From positions 3,529,462-3,593,461 of the forward strand of contig CAVNZM010000007.1 in assembly GCA_963693365.1 (NCBI GenBank): 64,000 nt of DNA, in the 5' to 3' direction. Below the pieces are notes generated by a model. That model did no database searches. It saw nothing but the letters and a program-made list of their open reading frames with translations, and was not told the origin of the DNA. This document shows positions 36,788 through 50,942 of this stretch, piece after piece; the stretch's first letter is position 1; every line of letters starts with the position of its first letter. The position numbers and the translations under genes were made by a program. This DNA is from Amoebidium appalachense (lineage: Eukaryota; Protista; Ichthyosporea).

Positions 36788-36936
36788 TGTGTGCCTGGGT
36801 TTGTGTGTGTGTGTGTGTGTTGTTTTTTTTTTTTTTTTTTTTTGTGTTGTTGTGTGTTGTTTTTTTTTGTGTGGCCCAGGCTTTTATTAGTGTGTATAGG
36901 TCCCACATCACGTTCTGTTGCTTTCTGCTTTCTCAG

Positions 36937-37168
36937 GTAGCAACCAAGGTACGGCGTTGGGATGCCCTGGATTTGCGTAGGACCATCATCATGGGTCTGG
37001 AGGAGGAGAGGGGGGCCAATTTAATTGTGGAAGACGAGGCCCCCGATGTTTCTTTGGAGGAGCTGTTGGAGGCGGTGGAGGGGGAGGATGTAGGGATCCC
37101 ATTCCCTCAGACTGATGATGGAGAAGAAGACAACCTCAGGGACACCGAGGACGACGTTATCATGCAAG
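36937..37168 (+). other. Probable exon of an unidentified gene (acidic peptide)
   Basis: TTCTCAG acceptor, open frame VATKVRRWDALDLRRTII...DDVIMQ, CAAG|GTAAC donor. Confidence 0.4.
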
Positions 37169-37198
37169 GTAACGTTTTTTTATTGTTACCCCCCCCCC

Positions 37199-37259
<61 letters not shown>

Positions 37260-37287
37260 CTCGTGTGTGTGTGTGTTTGTGGGTGAC

Positions 37288-37332
<45 letters not shown>

Positions 37333-37702
37333 CTATGTGTGTGTGTATTTGTCACTAAACTATATTTTTTCTTTTTTTTTTCTTCCTCTTTTTATCTATT
37401 TCTTCCCCTTGATTTGTGGAACCGAGTATAACGTGGTTGTGTAACTTTGTGCCGTGGATAAGTATTACTTATGTGATAGATATAAGACCAGACATACATT
37501 ATTTATCAATGGTGGTCATTAGCCATCATATGGTTATGCGATGGATCGGTAAAGATGTATAATGTTTATCCGGAAATGCCTTATTACATATCAAATACAC
37601 CCTAATAGATATGCTACAGATATACAGTACCAAAATTATGCAATTAATCCAGTGAATATACCCTAGAGATGTAGCTACAGATGTATCTGGCTATCTGTAT
37701 GG

Positions 37703-40700
37703 CTAAGAATGCGTGCGCCACACGTTGTCGTGTACGCATCAGCAAGGCAAAAGAGTTCCTCGCAAAGTTGGAAAACGATGCTACGAGCGTGATAGACACG
37801 GACACGAAGGAACCAATGTTTTCTGGTGAGAAACTGCTCGAGCGCAAACGCCGATGCGAGATGGAAATCGAGCTCTTCTGCGAACTGTTCGCGCTGGCGG
37901 AAGGTCGTGCATACGACCCCGTAAGCGACAAGTGGGAACCAACCCCACAGGTGTCGGACCAAACCGATGCCTAATTTATCCTTCTTCTTCTGGAATGCTC
38001 GGACACTGGGCCCCCAAAAGGGCCTCCCCCCGGGACACTCGACGATAAAATCAGCTACATACAACAACAGACAAACAACCACACGTTTACAGTGATTTGC
38101 GAAACACAGTTTAAAAACCACCACAAATTCAACTCTACATTGGTCGACACATCCACACACCCCGGTTACGCGAAAAACCGAGGCATTATTGTACTTGCCG
38201 CACCACACGTGAGAGTGAAGTGCAAACCGGTAGCAAAAACGGAATTTTCGGTTTCTATAGAGTTTCTTTCTAATGTTTTTACTTTTGTATATTACCCACC
38301 ATCTATGTCGGTTGTCGAATTGACTCACGAGTTGTCACAGTTACCAATGTCCACTGTTATTTTAGGTGATTTTAACACGCGACTCCACCACACAGACACA
38401 CTGCAAGTGAGTGTCGGGTACCCATCTAAGCCCCCGGAGCGTGCTATCCCTTTAGCAAGGTATGTCCAAAGTCACACTTTGCGGTTCCCTCAAATATCCC
38501 ATGCCCACAACACCGACTGGGGAGTGGCCTTTTGGCCATCAACCATGTCAAAACTCTCTCTCCCTCCTAACCTCTCTAGGTCATCTGACCACTCTCCTAT
38601 CCTTTTCCTACCTAAGATCTCCCTTGATCTGCTCCCCCCTCCTCCTCCCACCTTTCGCCTCCGTCTATCCCAGCTTAAGTCACAGTGGGGTAGAGTCGAT
38701 GTATGTGTATGCTATGCTACGAAACACCCTATATATATGCGCCTATTAGAATCTGCACAAGCCAGGCCAGATTCACATCTCGTACTAGATACATGCACTA
38801 ACTTTATTGTTGATGATTTGATAGATCTCGGTGATTATGCTGGCGGTGGTAGGAAGGAATATCCCGATGCTCTCTTGTTACCAAACACCACTCCCGCTAG
38901 ACTAGGTGAACCCCTGTCTCAAAAGGAAAGCTTGCGCCGGCTTGCTAGTATGAATCGATTTGGCCCCCCTGCTCGTATTATTGGTGATACCACTGGAGAC
39001 CCCCTCATAGACTCTGATAAGTATTTCTCGGAACTGTTTAAAGATAGGACCCCCGCTCAGAAACCTATTGTGTGGCCTGTAGACCCATCTATCCCCATAG
39101 AATCGATCCTCCCCTTTTTCAGTCCCGATGCCATATGGTCTGTGATATCTAGTTATAGCTCTAGTAAGTCTTGTGGACCTGATGGACTCCCTGCTGGGTT
39201 TCTTAAAATCCTTGTTCCCTCCTACCCACAAAAGGAAAGTGATCGTGCTATTAAACCTGATCTTACTATCATGTTAAGCTCTCTCTTTTCTTGATGTGTT
39301 AAATGTGGACATGTCCCGTCGTCTTGGTTAGATACCTTAGTGATCCCCATAGTTAAGAAGGACTCTGAGGGCCCCATATCATCCTTTCGCCCCATTACAC
39401 TAACCCAGGTTGTTCGTAGATTCTTTGAAGCTTGCTTACTTAGGTTATTTGCACATCACCCTAGGTTTCAATCTATTCTTCACATACACCCATGCCAATC
39501 CGCTTTTCGTAAAAACAATTCATGTTATGTTTAAATAATGGCACTGCACGATTCTATGCAAGTTGGTGCACAATATGTTGGCTTTATTGATTGGAAAACT
39601 GCTTACGATTCTGTCTCCCCTGGTCTCCTATGGGAAAAGCTTGCTGCACGGGGTGTACCACACTGCATTGGTGTTCTGTTAGAAGCACTCTTGTCTCAAA
39701 CCTATGGTAGAGCTGTGGTTAATGGGCATCTTTCATATGGTTTTGCTCGTACTAGAGGTCTCTTGCAGGGTTCATTGCTTAGCCCCTTTTTGTTTAACCT
39801 ATTTATAGATGATTTGGCTGTCAAGATTTACGCCGAAAACGATGACCCTATTAATAACTTTCCGCCTGCACTTCTCTATGCTGATGATCTGTCCCTCCTT
39901 GCCCGTACCCCTAGACGCCTGCAAAGATTGTTCGATGTAGTGTCAGAGTGGTGCAAGGCAAACCTTATGATCCTTAACATAGACAAATGTGGTGTTCTTG
40001 TACCTGATATAGCTAACAATTTACACACATTTACATTATCATCTAAACCTGTACCTATAGTTCCAGAATACAAATATCTTGGTGTTCCGGTTGATTCTGT
40101 TGGTGTTATGTTTCCCCATATGGTCGAAAAGAGGGTAGAGTTGGCTCGTAAGCGGTTAGCTTTCTTCTCGGCTAATATTTTTAAAGACACACCCCTCCAT
40201 CCTTCTATTAGACTTACATTTATTCGCACTTTTGTCTTCCCGGCATGTGAATATGGTTTACCCCTTCTCGCCGCTTGGATCAAGAAAGAGAGAACTAGAG
40301 CGCTTAAACCCTTGGCAAATTTCCTTGAAGCAGAAGTTGCCTCCTTTCTATCTAACAACTGTTGTAAACCTGGGCCTGTAACGCTCTCGATATATGGTCT
40401 GGTCCCAATAGCTGCTAGAGTATCCTATCTCGCGCTGAAATTCAATAAGCACATAAGCCGCTTAAAGAAGTATTTGCCCTCCCACCCTCTCTTCTCTATC
40501 CGACCTGTCCCCTCCTCCACCTCCCCCCCTCTTTCCTCCCCCTCTCTCTCCCCTTCTCCCCTGGGCACAAATACAAATAAACCCCGCAATAGTGTGTGTG
40601 TGACTTTGGACTGCCACTTACTTGTTAAACATGTACACAATCACAAGATAATCACGCAATATAACAAATGGAAAAAGATACCACACGACACTAGACCCGA

Positions 40701-41183
40701 TGAAAGCATATACCTTGAAAAACTAAGCCTTATGTCTCGTTTTATATATACTGACCGCCTCAACCATATTGCCAAATATGGCACTCGCAAGTGTATAACA
40801 CCTAAATACATATTACCTTCCTGTAGAACTGGTCTTTCTCTAGCTGATGGTATTATTGATCAATTACCACGCTTTTACTGTACACGTGCTATACAGTGGA
40901 GATCTAATAAGTATAAGGTGGCATCATTTGCATGCCCAAACAACACACACACACACCAGTTTAACCAGTCATGTATCGCCAAATGTAGTTTGATAGACCA
41001 CATAATACCGCAACACACACACGTCACATTCACAACAGACACCCAGAAAGATAGCCTACCTGTAAATTACAACATCCTTGATTTTATACTAAACACGCGT
41101 AACTACGACCTGTTTATTAGATGTATTGATTGGCTTGAGAAACACATCACTACAAAATTATAGCGCACGCGCACACACACACA

Positions 41184-41238
<55 letters not shown>

Positions 41239-41491
41239 CCAGCTGATACCGAGTGTCCCGAGGGGAGCCCCTAAAAAAAAAAAAAAAAAAAAAAAACGGG
41301 GAACCCCAACTAATTGATTTCTCCTTGTAGTCTTTATGGTGTCTCGTAGAGAAAGTAAACCCTGATATATAGTCACCACCCGACATCTATGTACGTGATC
41401 ATGATATACCGCTGAGGGGATATTCCGAGCAAACCCCCCCCCCCATACCTGAGACTGGTTCTCTTTGCCTCGAGTAAACAGCGTAAACCCC
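37703..41491 (+). mobile_element. 5'-truncated LINE (end of ORF1 plus ORF2)
   Basis: Reverse complement of 45536-49402; TSD GTATGG (37697-37702, 41492-41497). Confidence 0.93.
37967..41163 (+). pseudogene. LINE ORF2 (AP endonuclease plus RT) with an early frameshift and two nonsense codons
   Basis: GDFN, SDH, GPDG, FRPITL, QGSLLSP, YADD; stops near 39292 (W in the other copy) and 39532 (Q in the other copy). Confidence 0.92.
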
Positions 41492-42889
41492 GTATGGGTA
41501 TCAACCCAGATAGGCTGTTATTGTGATATTTTGAGTATTAGATACGGGTGTAAATGGATATCCCAAAACATGTATGTTTGTTAAGTGTTAGGCATTAGGT
41601 TGGGCATCTACTGTGATATGTTTGTTTTTCATGCATTAGATATCAACATAGGTGCCGAGTGCATATGTAGGTGTATATGTATCCGCATATCATGTTGGAT
41701 ATTAAGCTTAGATATTGTGAATGGTGATGCATTGTATATGAATATCGACATATATTGGATGGGTAAGCAGGGGTGCATATGGATAGCCGTTGGAGATCGG
41801 TATGGGGGTCTATTGTGATATGTATTTGCGTCATGCATTGGATATTAGTATTAAAGTCTAGTGGATGGGCAAATGCAGGTGTATCAAGATATCTGTATGG
41901 ATGTTAAGCCTAGATAACCAGTATAGCTATCCATTGTGTCTTAGTATGATTGTCTATTGGACATCAGCGTGCGGGTGTATATGGATAACCGTCAGAGCCA
42001 TATTTGGTGATCTAATTGGATATGTAGAATCGTCATGCTTTGGTTATTATAGGAGGGTCTAGTGGACAAGCAAATGCGTATGTATCTGGATATCGGAATG
42101 GATATCCATTGAACGTATCCAATATGGGCATGCATTGTTCATTAGCGTTGGGGTCAACTGCACATGTATTAGCGATCCATCTGGATATTTCAATGGATAT
42201 CCAATATGGACATCCACTATAGACCGCCATTGGATATACTTGTTAGGTGTATTGCATGTCTATCTTGATATCTGTATGGGGATTTTGATCGGATATCCGT
42301 GTCAGTCATGTATTGGATATGTTGTTACTGATCCAGTCTAATATACAGCTAAGCATCCAAATGGATATCCAGAATGTTACATATCCATATAGCTATCCAA
42401 CGGAGGAATGCAGTTGAAATTCCATCATTGGATATCCAGCGTCGATATCCATTGTGGGCATCTGTCTAATATCCAATACATGCCGAACCAACCAGATGGC
42501 GTTTGATGTCTGCATTCATATGCATCTAATGTGTATTTAATGGCCATTATAGGTGCACTTATGTATCCATATAAGCATTGATTGCATATCCAGATATGTG
42601 ATATCACAACGATGCCCAATGGAGGTACAGCATGGATATCCATATGTGATATCTATTGGGGGTGTAATATCTTGATCACTATCTAAGCATGCAACTACAT
42701 ATATATTGGACATTGGTTGGAGGTCAGGAGGAAATAGACATGTTGTATATATCCAGTGGATGGTATTGATATGTTCGACTGAAACCATCCTACATATCGT
42801 GTGTATATCCAAAGGATATCCATTAATATACAGTTGCATATCCTAGATGGGTTTGATATGTTTTGGATGTTCGCGCAAGATTGCTGATG
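41492..42889. repeat. Degenerate GGATAT/ATATCC-rich satellite-like DNA
   Basis: Many TGGATATCC(A) palindromic words; similar DNA at about 5040-5660 and 37500-37700. Confidence 0.6.
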
Positions 42890-44379
42890 CTGGCCACTGA
42901 TGCTGCCGGATCGGTGGGTCTAGGAGGCCACTGGCTCGACCAATGGTTCTTCATGCCCTGGTCCCCCTCCACCCAAGCCCTCTATGCTCATGAGGGTAAA
43001 CTCGGTTCTTCCGTCATCGAACTCCTGGCCATCGCAGCCGCCGTGGCCCTCTGGGCCCCCCTCCTGGTCCACCCACCATGTCCGTATTTTATGCGACAAC
43101 ACGGGTGCTGTGTCTGACCTGCACTCCCGGTCTTCCCCCCACCCCGTGATGGCCAAACTTATTCGGTTTATCACCCGCATGGAAATGCAATACCAATTTA
43201 CGTTACAGGCATCCTACCTACCAGGACCCCTCAACCATCTGGCCGATGCCATTTCTCGTAACCAACTTCCCCGGGCCCGACGACTCCGACCTTCCCTGCA
43301 ACCGGAGCCCTGCCCCTTCCCCTCCTGGGTCCACGAGTTCCTATCCCTTCCCTTGGGCTAACCCCCCCCCCCCCCCCCCAGATCTCCCGTTCCGGAGCAA
43401 CACTGGCAGATTGGCCCCCCACTTTGCTCCGGCCGAGCTGCTTCGAGCCACCACTACCCTGCAGGAATGCCAGGCCCTGAGTCTCAACCTCGACTCTCGG
43501 GCCTTTTACTCCCGGGTGCAAAAAGTGTTCATCGATTTCTGTGTGGCATCTCGGCTGCAATCCTCCTCCGGGTCCTCCCTCCCGGCCTCCCCACACACCG
43601 TGCAACTTTTTCTCGCCTGGTGTGCCCAACGAGGGGTACAGGCCTCTTCCTTAACCGGCCACAATTCGGCCATCACCAGGCTCCACCTCGACATGGGCCT
43701 CCCTGCTCCCTACCCCCACGACAAGTCTCTGGCCTGGTTCCTACGGGGGGTGGGCCGATGGCAGCTTTCTCACAACATCCGACCCCGCTCATCCACCAGG
43801 GAACCCCTCCTCCCCTCCCACCTCCGCCTACTCCATGGCCTTTGCCCCACCAAGGCCTCCTCGGCCAATCTCCGGCTATGGACGGCCCTCATCGTCGGTT
43901 TCTGTGGTCTCCTCCGTTCAGGGGAATTTACCTCCAAGACCCTGACTTCTTTCGACCCGTCCCGTCACGTTAAACGGATAGACGTGACCTTCAGCTACAC
44001 CCCCACCGGTACTTTATCCCATGCCACCCTCCACCTGCCAACCTCTAAGACGGATGTACAGGCCCGAGGTGTCAACGTCACCCTAGCTGCCCTGCCCCTC
44101 ACCCACTTCTCCCCAGCCCATCTCCTCCGGCAGTTCCTGGATACAACGTCCGGTCAACCCGACGACCCCCTCTTCAGTCTCGGTGGCATCCCCTACACCA
44201 AGAGTGCTTTCTCTGCCGATTTCCGTGCCCTCCTCTCCCGGGCAGGCCTCTCACCCTCCCGGTTTGCCGGACACAGCCTCCGCATCGGGGGGGCCACAGC
44301 ACTGGCTGAGGCCGGGGTCGACGACTCCCGGATCAAACAACTCGGCAGGTGGTCCTCCGACTGCTTCCTGATCTATACC
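42890..44379 (+). mobile_element. Inner Ngaro element, middle part: RNase H plus recombinase, cut by Copia-2
   Basis: Resumes at LATDAAGS; YR ends at ...LIYT and continues RLRP at 56409. Confidence 0.92.
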
Positions 44380-45131
44380 TGTTGTTTTGTACGGGTCTAA
44401 GGGAGCAGAGTGCACAGAGGTGTCATTTAAAAACACGACTAACACATTAATGAGAGGGCAATCGGAGTTGTTCACGAGACATTGAAAGATTTCAAACAAC
44501 AACTGAATCTTTATTGTGCTCTCGGTTCCTTTTGTACTTGCGACTTATCACCTTATCACAACTAAAGAGGGAGAACCAATCGGTTCTATCAGAAGATAGA
44601 AAAACACATTCCGACAGAGCATTCGCATTCCAACTTCCGATTAAACTAAAGTGAAGAAACTCTTACTTAAATAAATTAAGTAATTATACATCTAGTCACT
44701 ATTAACTCACATATATATTTATGTTCGTCTCTATAAAGAAACTTATTTAAATACATATATTTCCTAACAGTCGACACTCTCAAAGTGAAGACACTTTGCA
44801 ATAAACCGAATTCCATATATATCTATTGTCCAATCACAACACACATATATTAACAGACAGGAATGCACAACACAATCTACAGATGTACTCGCTCGCGACT
44901 ATTGGCGAGCCATCCTTTTGAGAACAAACTAGGCCATTTTGAAATAAAGGAAAGACAACGAGTGAGGCTAGCCAATCACGCTACCTCTCAGATAAACAGA
45001 GGAGAGCAAACAGAAATAAAAACACAATAAGTTCTTATCAGGCAAGAGAGCCAGGTGTGCACAGATCTACAGATATCTGTGCCCACAGAAACAAGGGAGA
45101 GAGAGATACGGGGGGGGGGGGGGGGGGGGGG

Positions 45132-45207
<76 letters not shown>

Positions 45208-45299
45208 ACAAAGAGGGAAAGCAGACACGAATACAAACAAGCTAGGACACATACATACTTCAAGGCTCTTGCTGTCATACATGGTGACGTATTCCAACA
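44380..45299 (-). repeat. Copia-2 3' LTR
   Basis: TG..CA ends, internal (GA)n and G-tract; repeat of 55482-56403. Confidence 0.93.
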
Positions 45300-45727
45300 T
45301 CCCCACTCAAGGGGTTGAAGTTTGTGTTCTCGTGTCTGTTGATGTGACGGTAGATGAGGTCCAAACACAGGAGGGGCCGTCACACTCAAGTTTCCCCACT
45401 CGAGGATGCAAACCGAAGATCCTTGAGGTGGGAAGGAGAGAATCAAAACTGAAGAGGCACACAACGACGGTTGCCTCTGAAGACTCGAAATAAGAAATCA
45501 TGGTGGTTATCGGCGATATATATATATATATATATGGGTTTACGCTGTTTACTCGAGGCAAAGAGAACCAGTCTCAGGTATGGGGGGGGTTTTGCTCGGA
45601 ATATCCCCTCAGCGGTATATCATGATCACGTACATAGATGTCGGGTGGTGACTATATATCAGGGTTTACTTTCTCTACGAGACACCATAAAGACTACAAG
45701 GAGAAATCAATTAGTTGGGGTTCCCCG

Positions 45728-45758
<31 letters not shown>

Positions 45759-45852
45759 TTTTAATTTTTTTATTTTTTTTTAATTTTAATTTTAATTTTT
45801 TTTTTTTTTTTTTTTTAAAGGGGCTTCCCTCGGGACACTCGGTATCAGCTGG

Positions 45853-45935
<83 letters not shown>

Positions 45936-48900
45936 CTATAATTTTGTAGTGATGTCACGGTGTTTCTCAAGCCAATCAATACATCTAATAAACAGGTCGT
46001 AGTTACGCGTGTTTAGTATAAAATCAAGGATGTTGTAATTTACAGGTAGGCTATCTTTCTGGGTGTCTGTTGTGAATGTGACGTGTGTGTGTTGCGGTAT
46101 TATGTGGTCTATCAAACTACATTTGGCGATACATGACCGGTTAAACTGGTGTGTGTGTGTGTTGTTTGGGCATGCAAATGATGCCACCTTATACTTATTA
46201 GATCTCCACTGTATAGCACGTGTACAGTAAAAGCGTGGTAATTGATCAATAATACCATCAGCTAGAGAAAGACCAGTTCTACAGGAAGGTAATATGTATT
46301 TAGGTGTTATACACTTGCGAGTGCCATATTTGGCAATATGGTTGAGGCGGTCAGTATATATAAAACGAGACACAAGGCTTAGTTTTTCAAGGTGTATGCT
46401 TTCATCGGGTCTAGTGTCGTGTGGTATCTTTTTACATTTGTTATATTGCGTGATTATCTTGTGATTGTGTACATGTTTAATAAGTAAGTGGCAGTCCAAA
46501 GTCACACACACACTATTGCGGGGTTTATTTGTATTTGTGCCCAGGGGAGAAGGGGAGAGAGAGGGGAGGAAAGAGGGGGAGGTGAGGAGGGGACAGGTCG
46601 GATAGAGAAGAGAGGGTGGGAGGGCAAATACTTCTTTAAGCGGCTTATGTGCTTATTGAATTTCAGCGCGAGATAGGATACTCTAGCAGCTATTGGGACC
46701 AGACCATATATCGAGAGCGTTACAGGCCCAGGTTTACAACAGTTGTTAGATAGAAAGGAGGCAACTTCTGCTTCAAGGAAATTTGCCAAGGGTTTAAGCG
46801 CTCTAGTTCTCTCTTTCTTGATCCAAGCGGCGAGAAGGGGTAAACCATATTCACATGCCGGGAAGACAAAAGTGCGAATAAATGTAAGTCTAATAGAAGG
46901 ATGGAGGGGTGTGTCTTTAAAAATATTAGCCGAGAAGAAAGCTAACCGCTTACGAGCCAACTCTACCCTCTTTTCGACCATATGGGGAAACATAACACCA
47001 ACAGAATCAACCGGAACACCAAGATATTTGTATTCTGGAACTATAGGTACAGGTTTAGATGATAATGTAAATGTGTGTAAATTGTTAGCTATATCAGGTA
47101 CAAGAACACCACATTTGTCTATGTTAAGGATCATAAGGTTTGCCTTGCACCACTCTGACACTACATCGAACAATCTTTGCAGGCGTCTAGGGGTACGGGC
47201 AAGGAGGGACAGATCATCAGCATAGAGAAGTGCAGGCGGAAAGTTATTAACTTAGGGTCATCGTTTTCGGCGTAAATCTTGACAGCCAAATCATCTATAA
47301 ATAGGTTAAACAAAAAGGGGCTAAGCAATGAACCCTGCAAGAGACCTCTAGTACGAGCAAAACCATATGAAAGATGCCCATTAACCACAGCTCTACCATA
47401 GGTTTGAGACAAGAGTGCTTCTAACAGAACACCAATGCAGTGTGGTACACCCCGTGCAGCAAGCTTTTCCCATAGGAGACCAGGGGAGACAGAATCGTAA
47501 GCAGTTTTCCAATCAATAAAGCCAACATATTGTGCACCAACTTGCATAGTATCGTGCAGTGCCATTATTTGAACATAACATGAATTGTTTTTACGAAAAG
47601 CGGATTGGCATGGGTGTATGTGAAGAATAGATTGAAACCTAGGGTGGTGTGCAAATAACCTAAGTAAGCAAGCTTCAAAGAATCTACGAACAACCTGGGT
47701 TAGTGTAATGGGGCGAAAGGATGATATGGGGCCCTCAGAGTCCTTCTTAACTATGGGGATCACTAAGGTATCTAACCAAGATGACGGGACATGTCCACAT
47801 TTAACACACCAAGAAAAGAGAGAGCTTAACATGATAGTAAGATCAGGTTTAATAGCACGATCACTTTCCTTTTGTGGGTAGGAGGGAACAAGGATTTTAA
47901 GAAACCCAGCAGGGAGTCCATCAGGTCCACAAGACTTACTAGAGCTATAACTAGATATCACAGACCATATGGCATCGGGGCTGAAAAAGGGGAGGATCGA
48001 TTCTATGGGGATAGATGGGTCTACAGGCCACACAATAGGTTTCTGAGCGGGGGTCCTATCTTTAAACAGTTCCGAGAAATACTTATCAGAGTCTATGAGG
48101 GGGTCTCCAGTGGTATCACCAATAATACGAGCAGGGGGGCCAAATCGATTCATACTAGCAAGCCGGCGCAAGCTTTCCTTTTGAGACAGGGGTTCACCTA
48201 GTCTAGCGGGAGTGGTGTTTGGTAACAAGAGAGCATCGGGATATTCCTTCCTACCACCGCCAGCATAATCACCGAGATCTATCAAATCATCAACAATAAA
48301 GTTAGTGCATGTATCTAGTACGAGATGTGAATCTGGCCTGGCTTGTGCAGATTCTAATAGGCGCATATATATAGGGTGTTTCGTAGCATAGCATACACAT
48401 ACATCAACTCTACCCCACTGTGACTTAAGCTGGGATAGACGGAGGCGAAAGGTGGGAGGAGGAGGGGGGAGCAGATCAAGGGAGATCTTAGGTAGGAAAA
48501 GGATAGGAGAGTGGTCAGATGACCTAGAGAGGTTAGGAGGGAGAGAGAGTTTTGACATGGTTGATGGCCAAAAGGCCACTCCACAGTCGGTGTTGTGGGC
48601 ATGGGATATTTGAGGGAACCGCAAAGTGTGACTTTGGACATACCTTGCTAAAGGGATAGCACGCTCCGGGGGCTTAGATGGGTACCCGACACTCACTTGC
48701 AGTGTGTCTGTGTGGTGGAGTCGCGTGTTAAAATCACCTAAAATAACAGTGGACATTGGTAACTGTGACAACTCGTGAGTCAATTCGACAACCGACATAG
48801 ATGGTGGGTAATATACAAAAGTAAAAACATTAGAAAGAAACTCTATAGAAACCGAGAATTCCGTTTTTGCTACCGGTTTGCACTTCACTCTCACGTGTGG

Positions 48901-49137
48901 TGCGGCAAGTACAATAATGCCTCGGTTTTTCGCGTAACCGGGGTGTGTGGATGTGTCGACCAATGTAGAGTTGAATTTGTGGTGGTTTTTAAACTGTGTT
49001 TCGCAAATCACTGTAAACGTGTGGTTGTTTGTCTGTTGTTGTATGTAGCTGATTTTATCGTCGAGTGTCCCGGGGGGGAGGCCCTTTTGGGGGCCCAGTG
49101 TCCGAGCATTCCAGAAGAAGAAGGATAAATTAGGCAT
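45936..49137 (-). pseudogene. LINE ORF2 (APE-RT), frameshifted near 47250 and 46540
   Basis: WNARTL, CET, GDFN, SDH, RT motifs; three consecutive ORFs collinear with 37967-41163. Confidence 0.92.
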
Positions 49138-50314
49138 CGGTTTGGTCCGACACCTGTGGGGTTGGTTCCCACTTGTCGCTTACGGGGTCGTATGCACGAC
49201 CTTCCGCCAGTGCGAACAGTTCGCAGAAGAGCTCGATTTCCATCTCGCATCGGCGTTTGCGCTCGAGCAGTTTCTCACCAGAAAACATTGGTTCCTTCGT
49301 GTCCGTGTCTATCACGCTCGTAGCATTGTTTTCCAACTTTGCGAGGAACTCTTTTGCCTTGCTGATGCGTACACGACAACGTGTGGCGCACGCATTCTTA
49401 GCAGACACTTTACGTTCTTTGTCTGCTTTCTGAATGTTTTCCGGCGCGCATGGGTCGTAGCTTGGGAGGTGGGTGAAGAAGCTTCCACACCCCTTTGTCG
49501 CGTCACGGATGAACGCACGGTTATAGTCGCCCCGTACTGCTACTTCCAGCACATCGTATCCAATGAAGGACAGACAAAGGATGCGAGAGCACCGGAAGCC
49601 GAGAGCCTTGAAGATGGACCACATGGCCCTGTGTGGGCGTCTGCCGTGCTTGACTTTGAAATACACCCTCTCGTATTTGGGTGGGATGTTGATGTTACCG
49701 TTTGCTTGGGTGTTCCCCTTAGCCGGCGGTTTGGGAGGGGAGTTGCGGCGGTACTCGTTGCCTGCAAGAATGCTGGCATATGTTTCCTTGGCAATTTGGC
49801 GGAGCTCGGGTGTTTTACGAGAGTTCGCATATTCTAGGAACTCTGCCGGGAGCTGTGCTTCCGGTCCTGTGTTGTTTTGTGTTGGGGTGGACATGTCTCC
49901 GTCGCGAGATGTTTGCTCATGAGTTTTGGGGTTTTGCGATCCACTAATGTTTAGCTGGGCTGTGAGTGAATCAATGGTGAGCTTGAGTTGGGTATTTTCT
50001 GTTTGGAGTTTTTCTATCATGTTCTTGAGTGGTAACAGCTCATTTAGCTGTTTCTTAACGAGGGCAAGTTCTGCCAGTACTGTATCAACCGAAAGTTTCG
50101 GCATGGTTGTTATTGTGTTTCTACGGAGTGGTGTGGTGTTATTCTGAATGGGTAGTGTATTGTAAATAGGTGTTGCGCTTAGTCTAAGGCGATGTTTTTC
50201 TGGTTGTGCATCTGTGGTAGGTGTATCTGCTGGACGTTTTAATGGTCGCACATGTGTGATGGGTGTAGATGGAACTTTGAAAGAGGTTCTGAAACGATTA
50301 TAGGCATGTGCCAT
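49130..50314 (-). CDS. LINE ORF1 protein (394 aa, coiled-coil)
   Basis: Intact ORF overlapping the ORF2 start (gATGccTAA); heptad segment LAELALVKKQLNEL...LTAQL. Confidence 0.85.
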   Translation of the reverse strand: MAHAYNRFRTSFKVPSTPITHVRPLKRPADTPTTDAQPEKHRLRLSATPIYNTLPIQNNTTPLRRNTITTMPKLSVDTVLAELALVKKQLNELLPLKNMIEKLQTENTQLKLTIDSLTAQLNISGSQNPKTHEQTSRDGDMSTPTQNNTGPEAQLPAEFLEYANSRKTPELRQIAKETYASILAGNEYRRNSPPKPPAKGNTQANGNINIPPKYERVYFKVKHGRRPHRAMWSIFKALGFRCSRILCLSFIGYDVLEVAVRGDYNRAFIRDATKGCGSFFTHLPSYDPCAPENIQKADKERKVSAKNACATRCRVRISKAKEFLAKLENNATSVIDTDTKEPMFSGEKLLERKRRCEMEIELFCELFALAEGRAYDPVSDKWEPTPQVSDQTDA

Positions 50315-50942
50315 GACATGGATGGGGGTGTTCCCCGGCCCTTAGGGCCACGGATGGCCCGGTTTAGGGGTGGATGCGCGAAGGATACTATTTATTAGCA
50401 GATAATAAAAAGCGACATTTGAATCGATGTGTGCGACTGAATCGATATATATATATAGGAAACACTAGTGTATGTGTGACGTGTTGGTGGCTAATGGTTT
50501 ATACTGGGGACCACCCAGGTAAACACAAGGCATGAACATCTTGTGGACTGATTTATAGACTGGTGGTCAACCAGTTAAGACACGGGGAAGGTGCATCCCG
50601 TGGACTAGGTTTAGACTGGCAGTCAACCAGCACGTCATGGCTATAGATAATTATTTATACTGGGACGCCATCCCAGTTCGACATATATATAAGTCGAATA
50701 TAGAAGAAAACCAATATATATGGTGGGATATGAATATAAATAAACGACGGATGGTGGAGAATAATCCCCACTGAAGATGCACACATATGACGATGGAAGA
50801 CTGAGTCCCCACTGATGAAGAGAAACGATGAGGAGTAGTAGACTTTCGTTGGGAGGCATCTTGATCACCGTAGGTGTGTCAACTGCTGTCCAGGGCCCCA
50901 ACCTACTCAGAAACCACTCGATGATGAACACCAGTGCACGGG

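Larger units (their letters stand above)
45536..50446 (-). mobile_element. Full-length LINE (ORF1 plus APE-RT ORF2) inserted in the (TA)n of the Copia-2 3' UTR
   Basis: Flanks rejoin to the uninterrupted site at 35351-35380; (TA)n on both sides. Confidence 0.95.
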
